From contig NIVC01002297.1 in NCBI GenBank assembly GCA_002269645.1, positions 62,001 through 126,000 of the forward strand: a stretch of 64,000 nt of DNA, given 5' to 3'. The notes under the pieces are model-generated. The model ran no database searches, was not told the origin of the DNA, and saw nothing but the letters and a program-made list of their open reading frames with translations. Within the stretch, counting starts at the first letter, position 1. Every line of letters begins with the position of its first letter. The translations under genes were made by a program, and so were the position numbers. This stretch comes from Macrostomum lignano (Eukaryota). Of the stretch, positions 19,033 to 31,070 are shown in pieces.

Positions 19033-21017
19033 CCCGTATGCTGCTGTGGTTTGGTAGAAAAATTCTATTTGCACATTGCTTTAGAGTTGTGCTGGGGAGA
19101 TTTATTGAGCATCAGTGCGTCCGACCTTGGGTCCGATTCTACGAGTACGGTGGAGCTGCAGTCACGCATGTAGCCTGGGGATTTTGGGATTTACGCTTAC
19201 GAGGGCTCACAACTTCCAAGGCTCACAGTCATGCAAATTACTAGACGATGGGAACACGAGTTGTGTGCCCAGGGTCCGCATCTTCACTGACCTTCTCGCT
19301 GTTGTAAGTTGCGCCAGCAGCCACAGTTTCCCACAGATACACTCTTTAGAGTCATATAAAAGTTTTTTTATCGAATGCTGCTTGAGCTGGCAAACAGACT
19401 CACTCAGTGACTCAAGTACATGTGGAGCTTAACTCAAAAGAAACTTACATTTAGATTTACTTTCCAAAGGAAGAGCGTGCAGACGTGCAGAGAAGGAGGA
19501 GTCCGGATGCCCTCAGCTCGACTCTGACTGCATACCGGTAGAGCTGAGCCAATACAGCTGAGCCAAATTTTGCTGCGATTTATATGCAGACACTGCGGAC
19601 ACAGCGGGAGATCCGTGAGGAAATCTCCCTTGAGCGAATTGATTCCCCCCAATCCAACAGAGGTTTTTGGGGATAACTATTGGCTCCCAATATCGGGGGA
19701 TTTAAAAGGAAGGCTGAAACCAACGGAAATCTTTGCTTCGTTCGTCCCTCCCTTTGCGGCATCTGCCTCTCAGGTGGCGATCTGGGACGGCAACGGATGA
19801 CGAAAAGGGGAGGCTGCAGCTGAAGCGAGCAAAGTTGAAAGAATAGAAAAAAGCTGGGCTTTGCCGCCACTCCGCAGCCGGAAACCTCAGCTGCTGGTAC
19901 AGCATTAATCCATTTCATGGCGGTAAACAGAAGCTTCTGCACCCGGCGGATGGATTTTAAACCAAGGGAAAAAGCAGCAGCAGCTCTGCAAGACAATTTA
20001 TGGCAAGACATGAAATTACCGGGCGCGGATTAAACCGCAGTCAAACTATATACAAAAATTAATTAAAAAGCAGCTTCAACTGCGCATGTAGGTCCAAAAT
20101 CGAGTTTGATTACTTCAGTTACAGCAGGGTCAGTAAATTGACTTAATTACATGTAACAGCTTCCACAGAAAGCTTCCAAGTTTTATAATTCCAAACACTG
20201 TGGGGGGTATAAGCCGTAAAGTTTTAATCAACTGCCCGCTCCGATGCTCAACTTGAAACTCTGAATTTCCCAGTACCTGACGACAGAATGCAAGGGCCTC
20301 TATGCACCATATGCGAGCGCGTGTTCGTGCCTGCATACAGTATTGACGCGCTTGTATGTTCTCGGGAGTCAGCGGATTGGCAGAATTGCCTTCAGCTAGC
20401 TCTGTTTGTGGAACGATCTCGCCAAAAGCTTAGTGCGAGCGTAAAATAAAGTTAGGGCCGCCGTGTGTGTGCGTGCGTACGTATCCGCACACTTGTGTGC
20501 CTGCTCAGGGGAGTCGGCGGAATGGGCAGTAATGCCTCTCGCCGGTTGTGCCTATGTCGCTTAAAGTGCGCCAGGGTGCACACAACCCCCTGCCTCTAAT
20601 AAAAAAATAATACCCAAACGCTTTTTGTACTTGGCTGCTTTTCAGGGATTTTTCCAAAGTCAATGTTTTTTTAATGCTGCCGAGTACTAATTAACGTAAA
20701 CACGGTGCCTCATGTGCTCCAATATCTAGTATACAGGATGATCTACATGTAGTTACCAGCTGCAAGTGCAAGAGAAAAATCGAAGCCACAAACGGACGGG
20801 ACTTGAACGGACTTCATTATATTATTTTACACTGGGGTACCTCCCTTGTACCTGTGTTTATACACCACCAGCGACTGCACTGTCTACAGTACGAATCATG
20901 CCAAAGTGCATTTCGATGTTTAATCAAGTGCTGGCCAGGGGTCTGGGGGAGGAGATACGGTTAAATTAAAAGGCAGTCAGCATTAGGATTAGACTGATGG
21001 CAAGATTGATCCTCCAG

Positions 21018-21245
21018 CCCGATTGAAAATCCGTCGGCACTCCGAGTGCCGATCGGCACTGCCTGTCGGCAGTCAGGGTCGATTTGACTGCCGATCGGCA
21101 CTCAGTATCGGCACTGAGTGCCGACCGGGTAGTGCCGACTGTCGGCACTACCCATCGGCACTGCCCGTCGGCACTGCCCAGTAGTGCCGACATGTCGGCA
21201 CTACCCGTCGGCACTGCTCGTCGGCACTACCCGTCGGCACTGTCG
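21018..21245. repeat. Left TIR plus subterminal repeat array
   Basis: Many direct and inverted copies of (G/A)TCGGCACT / AGTGCCGA(C/T). Confidence 0.9.
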
Positions 21246-21544
21246 ATATGTCTTTATCTGTCCCCATGTTCTCTTAATTTTCTATGCGTCTAATTTCATG
21301 CTATTTTGGCAAAAGTGTCCCACACAAAATAAATCAGGAACTGCATTGGCTAAAGTATCCAACAAAGCCCACGCTTCAATATGCGACGTTTCGATTCATA
21401 GCGACCCTTCATTGATTTTGTTGCAAACGTTATACGGCATTGGCGGATAGAAGTCGTACAGAGATGTAGCAGATATTGCCATGAATTCAGGTTGTGAGCA
21501 AAGGCTACTACCGACATGACTTTGTAACAGTTTGTACGACTTTG

Positions 21545-21715
21545 TGGTAGTTCTGTTTGTAGGATTTTGTAGCCCTTGTAGGACTTTGTGTGACTCTTTG
21601 TAGGACTTTGTGAGACTCTTTGTAGGACTTTGTGAGACTCTTTGTAGGACTTTGTGAGACTTTGTAGGACTTTGTGTGACTCTTCGTAGGACTTTGTGAG
21701 ACTTTGACAGTAAGA
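21545..21715. repeat. 22-bp tandem repeat inside the transposon
   Basis: TTTGTAGGACTTTGTGAGACTC units. Confidence 0.85.
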
Positions 21716-21992
21716 CTTATGCAATACAGCTTTTACATCATACACTTGGGTCCTGAACGGGACTGGGACTGTCTCAGTAGAAAGGGTGTTCTAATGGCAT
21801 GTATAGATCTAGAGCATAGGAGCATGGGGCATAGAGCATGTATTGATGATACGTATGGCTTTAGACAACTTGAAAGACAATCCAACAACATGGATATTTT
21901 TTAAAGCTGTAGTTTCGCAATACCATCTGACATGTCTCCCATGCGCATATCCTCTAGCGCATTTCAGCCAGCTGCCAAAAGTCTTCGTGGCA

Positions 21993-24900
21993 ATGGACTT
22001 TGCCAAACATATCAAAGCGCGCGACCGTAAGAGAAAGCTGGAGGCAGTCTGTCGGTCCGATCGGCGTGCAGCTGCAGCTGCAAGTAAGTGCATGCGTGTG
22101 CTGCAGTTTGGCCAAGCCGCAGCATCTAGTTCGATGCAAGGTGCAGCTAACCATGACGAGGACGATGCCGGTGGTGTTGCCTCATCTGACGGTCCTGCTG
22201 AGCTTTTCAGCTCTAGCTCTGACTGCAGTTCCGACCGCGGCTCCGAACGTGGGTCTGACCGCATCTCCGATAGAGCCCCTGGCTGCGGATCCGACTGCGG
22301 CTCCGAACGTGGGTCTGACCGCAGCTCCGATGGAGCCTCTGGCCGCGGATCCGACTGCGGCTCCGAACGTGGGTCTGACCGCAGCTCCGATAGAGCCCCT
22401 GGCCGCGGATCCGACTGCGGCTCCGAACGTGGGTCTGACCGCAGCTCCGATAGAGCCCCTGGCCGCGGATCCGACTGCGGCTCCGAACGTGGGTCTGACC
22501 GCAGCTCCGATGGAGCCTCTGGCCGCGGATCCGACTGCGGCTCCGAACGTGGGTCTGACCGCAGCTCCGATGGAGCCTCTGGCCGCGGATCCGACTGCGA
22601 CTCCGAACGTGGGTCTGACCGCAGCTCCGATGGAGCCTCTGGCCGCGGATCCGACCGCAGTCCTGACCCCAGCGATGCGACGTCTGATGATGACGGTGAT
22701 GACGTAAGGCTTGCATTGTACTGTTGAAGGCTGGCACTCGTGCGTATACGTGGCTGATGTGATCCTGCCTGCAAATATCAGTTAGCACTCAGCAAACTTA
22801 AGCACGCAATGTTCATCGGCTGCCTAGAACCAATCTAGTTATGATTCCCTCCTTCCTCCCCTTCCTACCCTTTCTCTTCCATCCGCCAGGGTGCGCTATG
22901 GGACGACGTCATCGAGGAATCCGCTGACAGTGTCAACGGTGATGGCGGTGCTGGCGACGGGGCTGGCGGTGCTGGCGACGGGGCTGGCGGTGCTAGCGGT
23001 GCTGTCGACGAAGGGGCAGCCCATGGCGGCGACGACGGCGTTGTTCACATCGCGCCAGGGTTTCTGCAACCGGTGCATCGCACAATGCCGCACCTGTCAT
23101 ACGCCACTTTGGCAGTGTACGGAGAGCTCCTAGCCGAGAAGCACAAGTTGTCGCGAAACGCCACGGCGGACCTGCTGCTTTACACGAAGCTCGCGCTTCC
23201 CCCAGACGCCGTGTTTGCCGACAACCCGTACCGCCTGCGACGGTTTCTGGAGTCCTGCAACTCCCTGCGCTCCGAACGACTTCTTTTTTGTCCTAGGTGC
23301 AGCCGGCCCCTGGTGGAGGCCCTTCCACTGACCTGCGAACCCTGCGGAAAGCAGTTTTCGTCAGTGGACCGCGTCGCCAAGGTCTGGCGGATGGATGTGC
23401 GAGCCCAGCTACGGCAGCTCATTGAGCGCTGCGGCCTGTTGTCGGTCGTCTCCTTCCCCGCGGACGTCACGCGGCGGCCGGGTGGTCTGAGCTTGTGGCA
23501 AAGCACGGCATACTCGGCCTTTACGCACCTCATTGACAAGGCCGCTCGCTCAGATCTGACGGTCACGGTCAACATCGATGCATTTTCCGTGTTCAGCCGG
23601 GCGGTGTACAACATCTGCCCCGTGTACCTTACCGTGAATGAGGTCCCCGACCACATGCGAGCGCGCTTCACGGTGGTCTGCGCTCTGTGGGCCTGCAGGA
23701 ACAAGGTGAGCGTGGACGCCTTCCTGCCGTGGCTGGTGGCCCAGCTGAACAGCCTTCGCATCGAGGGTGTTATGTTCCGCACAGGTGGTGGACGAGACGG
23801 CACGCGTGGCGGCTGCATCCGCTTCCATCCGCTCCTCTTCGTGCTTGACGCGCCTCAGAGGGTTGAGGTGACTGGGTTACAGCACTGCTCAGCAGTGTAC
23901 GGCTGCGATCACTGTTACACCGTGACTCTCCATGATGCCGACCGCGGAGGAAATGCGCGCATTTTCCCATGCGAGCTTTCGGCCGACGCGCTGCAAGCAG
24001 CATCCGACGCCGGTTGCACACGGCCGCGGTACCGGGCATTGCAGGACACCATCCTCCTGGCGACCACGATTCCGGCGGGCGCAGGCCACAACCTCGGCGT
24101 CGTCAGGCTGTCTCCTCTTCATCGGCTGCAGGGCTTCGACTTCATCACCTCCTGCCCGCCCTGCTACCTCCATCAGTGCCTCGTCGGCGTTGTCGGTTGG
24201 CTGCTGCGGCAGCACTTTCTGCCCGTCGGCAAGCGACCTGACAAGATGGCCGAGAACCCGGACTTGTCCCGCCATGTGGCTGAAGTGGACGCCAAGGCGG
24301 CCAGTATTCGAGTGCCTGCGTCGCACCAGCGGGGCCCTCGCACCCTGGCGGACCTCGGCCACTTCCGCGGGCACGAATTTGAGTGCTGGCTGTTGGTGTA
24401 CGGCCCCATGGTTCTCGGCGACACGCTGGGACCGTTCTATTACAATCAACTGCTGCTCCTGTCCTCTTCCATCTTCTGGCTGTCTCTGGAGAACTGCCCG
24501 CTGACGGAAGTTACTCGTGCAGCGAAGACCCTGCGAGTATTCTACGCCAGCCTGAAGGATGGGTTTTCGCCGGCCGCCATGACCTACAATGCCCACCAGG
24601 TCTGTGAGCACCTCGTTCCCGCAGCCTTTCTCTTCGGACCCGTGTGGCGCACCTCCGCCGGCCTGTTCGAGTCTCTGCACTACGGCCTCAAAACGCGCGT
24701 CAAGGGCGCCAGGTTCGTCGGTGATCAGGTACGCAGAGAGACCCTTTTCTCTAATTAGAAAAATATAGTATAATGGCATCTACGCCTCTATATTCTACTC
24801 ACTAGTAGTCAGTACGTATGCAGGATGCCCACTCTTGTATCGCACTAGAAACCCACCCCCTGGGTTATCGTGGTATATATAATTACAAAGGTTCCCCCTT

Positions 24901-25554
24901 GATACCATGTTCCCCTCCGAGGGCTTGCGTTGCTGCATCAGACCGTTACCTAACTTGCAACGGGCGCCTCCCACCCTTCATTTCACTCAGGTGCACTCTG
25001 CCATCAGACGGCAATTCAGCAGGCGTGCCGTCATGCACCAGTTGGGCCTGGCCTCGCCCTTTGCGGCCCGTGGATTCCTTCAGGGTGTCCAAGAGACCAT
25101 GGCCGACGGGACCAGGGTGTACACCAAGCTACATGACGACGAGTTCCGCTGGGCTCTGTTGACCAACGGATGGCGCATTGAGCGCTACTTGCCCGCGCTA
25201 CAGCACCAGCGGTCCCTGTGCTGCTTCGTCGCCTTCGCCGCCAGTGACGACGGTGTCCAACTGGCTTTCGGTCGCGTCGACGCCATCCGCAGGTCCCCCA
25301 CCCGCGGGACTGCAATCCTGATGGTGCGTCGCCTTCGTACCGTCTGCCTTCTGGACCCGGAATACTACATCTCGGGCGTCGCACAGAACGACGGCTGCCG
25401 ACTGAGGCACATTCAGCGCGTCGTCGACAACCCATTCGGCGACATCGGCGGCATGCACTTCTGTCTCCCCGTGGTGGACGTGCTTGGCACATGCTGTGTA
25501 ACTGACACCCACATAGCTTTCCTCCCGCACGTGCAAACCTCCTTCGCCGCCTAG
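21993..25554 (+). CDS. EnSpm/CACTA-type DDE transposase, 3 exons, about 1037 aa
   Basis: Exons 21993-22703, 22890-24728, 24991-25554 (GT-AG, phase 0/0, open throughout). CxxC...CxxC N-terminal Zn motif, VNID (D at 23577), ICPVYLTVNEVP, LDAP (D at 23847), GCDHC, NAHQVCEH, FGPVW...FES (E at 24669), as in animal CMC transposases. Confidence 0.85.
22230..22665 (+). repeat. 60-bp coding tandem repeat (20-aa S/D/R/G unit) in transposase exon 1
   Basis: About 7 copies encoding SDCGSERGSDRSSDGASGRG-like units. Confidence 0.9.
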
Positions 25555-25639
25555 TGGGCGGGCGGCAAGTGCCGAAGATTTGCCGAACAAGTGTGTCAGA
25601 CAACTGCAATCCATGTCTAGTGTCTCCGACTGTCCGCAG

Positions 25640-25935
25640 CCCGACTTCTGTCCATCCCGTATTCTCACATTTACTCCGACGAGGACAAGTGTGTAGATCA
25701 GTGTGTACACCTCGTCGCGGATTCCATTGAATTTTTTCTGCCTAAAAGGAATCTGCTGTGCAGGGCAGATTCTTGGGTCTGAATCTGCCCTGCAGGGCGG
25801 ATTCCGTAGCGTTGAACTGCGTGGAACGCGCACACTGCGCGAGCTGAAGAAGTTCCGTGGGCACGAATCCGAAATATGGCTGATTGCCTATGCGCCCATC
25901 GTTCTGCAGGACTGCTTTCATGACTTGTGTATGAA
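25640..25935 (+). pseudogene. Second, diverged CMC transposase remnant
   Basis: RGTRTLRELKKFRGHESEIWLIAYAPIVLQDCF aligns with RGPRTLADLGHFRGHEFECWLLVYGPMVLGDTL of the main transposase. Upstream in another frame, DQCVHLVADSIEFFLPKR loosely matches HQCLVGVVGWLLRQHFLP. Confidence 0.75.
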
Positions 25936-26193
25936 GTCGGAACACGGTAGGATTCTAAGGCAGTATCGCCAGAGGGGAAATGGCTTCCCGATGCATGGGC
26001 ACAAACAGAGAGAGACGAACCTTGGGGAGCGAAGGCTCCCAAGGCTAGTATATTTATGGGGTCTCGGCCCCCTCAAGTCCAACAGTGAGTAACGCACTAG
26101 AACAGGCCTCAGCAGGCATGGGGGCTGGGTCTTGGGTCTTGGGCCGTAGTGGCCGGGTCTGGGTCTGGGGAAGAGCGGCTGGGTCTTGGATGA

Positions 26194-26197
<4 letters not shown>

Positions 26198-26258
<61 letters not shown>
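26198..26258. repeat. (GA)n microsatellite
   Basis: Direct reading. Confidence 0.95.
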
Positions 26259-26261
<3 letters not shown>

Positions 26262-27192
26262 AAGAGATAAAGAGCAGTCAGGGGTTGCGGGTAGAGTTGG
26301 AGCTCCTCCAAAGCAGGGGTAGCCCGGGGAGCCGTCCCGCCAGACCCCAGGCCACCACAACTGCCTTCCGGACGACTACTGTCATCACCTGCTTCTGCTG
26401 TCGGCCTCTCTGCTGTCTCTTCTTAATGCTTTTGTTTGACTTGTTGCATTGTGACATCTGGAAGTACGGGGAAGGCCATGAAAGAGACAAGGGAAAAGGA
26501 AAAGTCATTAACTGTTCATAATCTGTCCACTGTAGGCCTGTGTGCAGGGGCTTAGCTTTGGTTTTTGTCTGCTTTAGGCCTGCTGGCTAGATTGCATTTC
26601 GAAGGAAAGAATATTGTTAGCATATAACAACGTTGTATATAGTGTGGCATGAATACTGCAGCTAGTATAAGAATGTTATTATTGTGTATATAGCGATGTG
26701 CTGTATGTAGTGCATAAGTGCCTATACTATTACGTAATATTACTGTCTGTAAACTTTTGTTTGGGTTACTTATACTATTCTTGTACTGTCTGTTAAATAC
26801 ACCGCTCCCAACCGCTGTTCACTCTACTTCACCTGCTGCACGTCTCGTTATTTTAAGAATTGAAACGACTTCACGGAACTTCCTATTCCTTGTTTCTCTT
26901 GCACGGTATACGGCAGCTGTCCATGTTTTGCATGTCTTCGAATATAGTGTAAAACATATTGTGCAGAAACAACAACAACTACTACTACTACAAATTAGTA
27001 CAGGAATTGCTCCATTTTCTCGTACGACTTCTCCCTAAAAGCAACAACAAAAGCTGAACTGCACATGAACCTACCGTACAACTTACGGTACTGCATTAAT
27101 CCATTACTGCAGTACTGCATTAATACAGTAATCAAGTTTATTTGAACCCCGTCCCTCGCATGTGGATTACAGCTCCGCCGAACTGCCGAGCG

Positions 27193-29336
27193 ATGCAGTC
27201 ATCGACCGGCCGTGCCCCACCTACCATTGACGTGCTGCCGTCGGAGTTGCTCATGCAGGTGTTGCAGCACCTCACGGTACCACTCGGCTGGTGTGCGCAC
27301 AAGTATGCCGCCGTTGGGCAGACGTCGTCCGCGCACCAGTGTTGTGGGAGAGACTGCCTGTCACCGCCACTGCACTGGACGACTACAGCACAGCGGCACG
27401 GCTCATGACCTTGGCGACGGCGGCGAAAGAGTTAGATTTGGGCACCGTGTTCGAGCCGCCTAGCGCGATCGCCATCGACCGCGCTGCCACGCTCCTTCTG
27501 CGCTGCGGCGAGCTGCGTACGCTCCGCCTGCTGGACATGGGCCAGTACACCGGCGGCCCAAACCTCCTCACGGTGGCTGGTCGCAGTTGCCTACAACTGC
27601 GGGAGCTATCATTGGCAGAATGCCCAGGCATCTTCAACCCGGAGGCGCTGGCCAGTCTGAGCGACGGTTGTCCCAGACTGGAGAAGCTGGAGCTGTTGAC
27701 AGACGGCGAGGAAATCTTTGGTGGCGACGTCGCACAGTGCGCTGCACCCTTTTGCCGACTGCTGGGCCGCATACAGGTAATACGGCATGTATAATTGCTC
27801 AAACAGTAAGGTCATATGACCCATGTCACATACGTTCTCATGTCACATGGCACAGTCCTTTTAGTCGAGATGGCTGTCTATGTATTAATATTATTAACTT
27901 CACCCCCCCTTCTCCGGCATTCCTACAGGTGTTGCATGTCCGCGCAGACATGCTTGCCACTTCAGCTGGTCCGTAGCAGCGGCCATCGCTACAGGCTGGT
28001 GCCGCTTCACCCGGCTGCGTGAGGTCACCCTAGACCCGCCGGCATCCCCGTCTCCGGCCAGGGCTACACGAGGCATGTTGTTACAATCCATTTAAAAATA
28101 GTCACTTCGTAGTGGGCTTAGTAATTACGTATAGGCCTTCTCCGGGAATTGTGTGCAACCATTAATTTCTTTCTAAATAATGAATGCGTTTTAACGACGA
28201 AATGCACCCTTCCTTATCTCTCAGTGCTGCTCGACATCATCAGCGGGCAGGGAGACCAGCTACAGCGCTTGACCGTGCACAGCCAGGTCGTCACGGATGC
28301 CATCGCCGGTCAAATTGCTGCACGAGTCGGCCTCAAGGGCGCCAACCTGCGTCACCTGCATCTGGACGCAGGCGACAAGCTGACCGTGTGGGGCCTGCGG
28401 CAACTGCTGAAGTGCTGGCCTGGGCTCCAAAGCCTAAGCCTCGTCCACTGCCTCAGTCTGGGCGCGGAGGGCTTCCGGTTGGCCTGCCAGGAGCTGCCCG
28501 ACTTGACGCGGCTGAGATACCAGATAGCTGCCAGTCCGGACGCGCCAGCCGGGTCTGCCGACGTTTTCCGTGGCACTCGGCTACCTCCGTCGCTACGAGT
28601 GCTGCAGCTTTACGTCACGCCCACCGACGAAGCTTGCGGGATCAGGGTCGGTGAGCCTGCATTCGCGACCGCTCTCGGCGGATGTCGTGGTGAGTGTGGT
28701 GCATATTACATTTGACGCACAAATGTGCATGCACGTGACGTTAGTCTTAGTCTTTATGAGGCATGCATGTTCATCCTGTATGGTGCGCACGCCTCCGCTC
28801 TAGACCTACACACTGCACACTGGACGCTACTATGTACACTTCTCCATCCGTACGCAGGCCTGACTCACGTGACTATCTCGTGGCCCGCCTGCGACGACAG
28901 TCTCGTGGCCTGTCTGTTACTCACGCTGCCACAGCTGCAGTGCCTGCACTTGTTGGACTGTCGGCTGGTGACGGGCAAAGCCTGGGAGACTCTCCCTCCT
29001 GCAGGTATTCGTCCAGCCGACCACGCCTCTGCTGCAATGCTCGAACTGACGCTCGCAAACTGCCCCAGCCTCGACGATGGCAGTCTATCGCGTCTGTGCA
29101 CCTGTTCCGTCGCGACCAGCCTTAACTGGCTGTGGCTCGATGGCACCGCCGTTACGCCGGACTGTCTGACGCTGCTGGCCAGGGAATGCCCGAGCCTGTT
29201 GGAAGTTTACATCCGTTGGACGGAACTGCCCACGAGTAACATTGAAATGTGGCACCACGCCGCTGCCGTCGTGAACAAAAATCGTGACATTCATCTGCGC
29301 ATTGATTTGCCGGAGCTAGCCAATATGGGGCGGTGA
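27193..29336 (+). pseudogene. F-box/leucine-rich-repeat (FBXL-like) gene, 4 exons, two apparent frameshifts
   Basis: F-box IDVLPSELLMQVLQHLTVP/RLVCAQVCRRWADVVRAPVLW with a frameshift near 27283. Cys-containing LRRs (LRELSLAECP, LQSLSLVHC, LQCLHLLDC, LELTLANCP). Exons 27193-27776, 27929-about 28018/28070 (frameshift near 27950, donor uncertain), 28225-28689, 28858-29336. Confidence 0.8.
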
Positions 29337-29353
29337 CAGTGATGACGTGAGCA

Positions 29354-29711
29354 TAAGACAGTAGTGTAATGGATGTACCGATCTCCTTCCCCTATTTACA
29401 GTGCCCTCGATGAACTGCATATAAATATCGTGCTACCTTGCATTTATGCATTTACTGTACAGTATGACAGTGCGGTTTTGGCGTCCTGCCACGTGCGCAC
29501 AGCAACAGTGCCAGTTTTTCTCCATATATATACTTTTGACATACCGGTCATCCTTTCTTGTTTCCATGTCTCCCACGCACGTCTTATCTTGCACAGCTAT
29601 ACATCTGTCGCATTTCGACGCAGCATTTAAGACAGTAGTGTAATGGATGTACCGATCTCCTTCCCCCTATTTACAGTGCCCTCGATGAACTGCATATAAA
29701 TATCGTGCTAC
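29354..29711. repeat. About 84-bp direct duplication
   Basis: TAAGACAGTAGTGTAATGG...ATCGTGCTAC at 29354-29436 and 29628-29711. Confidence 0.9.
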
Positions 29712-30464
29712 GATGCATTTACTGCACTTTACTAAAAACCGAAGTTTTGGCGTCTCGCCTAGTGCGTACTACAGCACATGCGGTGTACTTCCACAAATGC
29801 ATTTCCACATAAAACGTTCGTATGACATGAAAGGGCGAGAGCGGTCGCACGGCTGAGGGACAGCTCACATATTTCTGCTTCCGTTTCGTGTTGTCCATTA
29901 TCTTTTCCATGTCTTCCATATGTCTTCCACAGCTACATGGGGTCATTTGGTGCAGCATAAGGCGTGTAGTAGTGGAGGGCATGATGACGTGTAATAGCGT
30001 AGATCTGAATGTACGTTACTGTATATTAGGTAACAAGTGGCGACATGTAATCTGCGAATGACAACCGATGTAAATAAAAAAAACTGTAATTACGTTTTTC
30101 GCAACTTACATCACGGGTTCAATACGCTGACAGACTCTAAAATAGCGCTGATCGAGGGGAGTGGCGAAAGCCGCCCACAGACGTACTACTACAGGTACCC
30201 ACTAAGAAATTTCAATCGGGGTGTACTTATTACACTTTTGTTTTAGGGTACTTACAACCTTTCCAGGTATGTAGGTAATACATGCGGTCGAGAACGTTTA
30301 TTGCGTATAGGCAGGTGTCTTATTATGTACTCTTAATATAAGCCATAGTATAGGCAAGTCTTATTATATGTTCTCCTAAATGATATGCTCAAAAGTCTTA
30401 AAATATTATTAATATTAGCAGCAGCTATACACAACTTAATATAATGTGCATACCTACTTACTGA

Positions 30465-30757
30465 CAGTGTTGGGCAAAGTTAATTGGAAAAGTAACTTCG
30501 TTAAAAGTTAAACAGTTAACTTTAACTGGCAAAAAAAGTAACTTAACTTGGATAACTTTTTAACTTTTCAGAAAAAAGTGACTTAAGTTAAAAAGTTAAC
30601 TTTCCGCATATTACTGTAGTAATACAAAGTACTTAGTTCATTTTTCCTCTCCGCATCCTCTCCTCTGTTACTTTTTGTGCCAATGGCCCAATTTCGGGAG
30701 AGACCAAGACAGAGAGAGACAGTGGGAGAGAGCGAGAGAGAGAGAGAGATAGAGAGG

Positions 30758-30807
<50 letters not shown>

Positions 30808-30950
30808 CAGTGGCGCAGCCAGCAATTTTTTAAGGGGGGGCATTAGGTTCGTTGAAAAGAAATTAAGTAACGGAAAACTGCTAAAAGTTAGTGAAACACT
30901 AACTTCGTTAATAACTAGTAAACTATTTAACTAGTTAGTGCCCAACACTG
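30465..30950. mobile_element. hAT-type MITE (486 bp) nested in the CACTA element
   Basis: TIR CAGTGTTGGGCA / TGCCCAACACTG, perfect 8-bp TSD CTTACTGA (30457-30464 and 30951-30958), no ORF, internal (GA)n. Confidence 0.92.
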
Positions 30951-31070
30951 CTTACTGACAGGCATGAATCTACAAGTGACGCCTCAATATCCGATTTTCC
31001 AGCACCCGGACCACCACTTTTCGAAGCAGCGTTGATTAGAACAAGCGTCTGCAAGTTACGCCCATAGAAA

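Noticed and set aside
21809-22788. Overlapping minus-strand ORFs of 191-321 aa
   Set aside because: Antisense frames of the GC-rich 60-bp coding repeat in transposase exon 1.
25918-26050. Minus-strand RILPCSDFIHKS resembling a RING finger
   Set aside because: It is interrupted by a stop, and part of this region is better explained on the plus strand as the transposase remnant.
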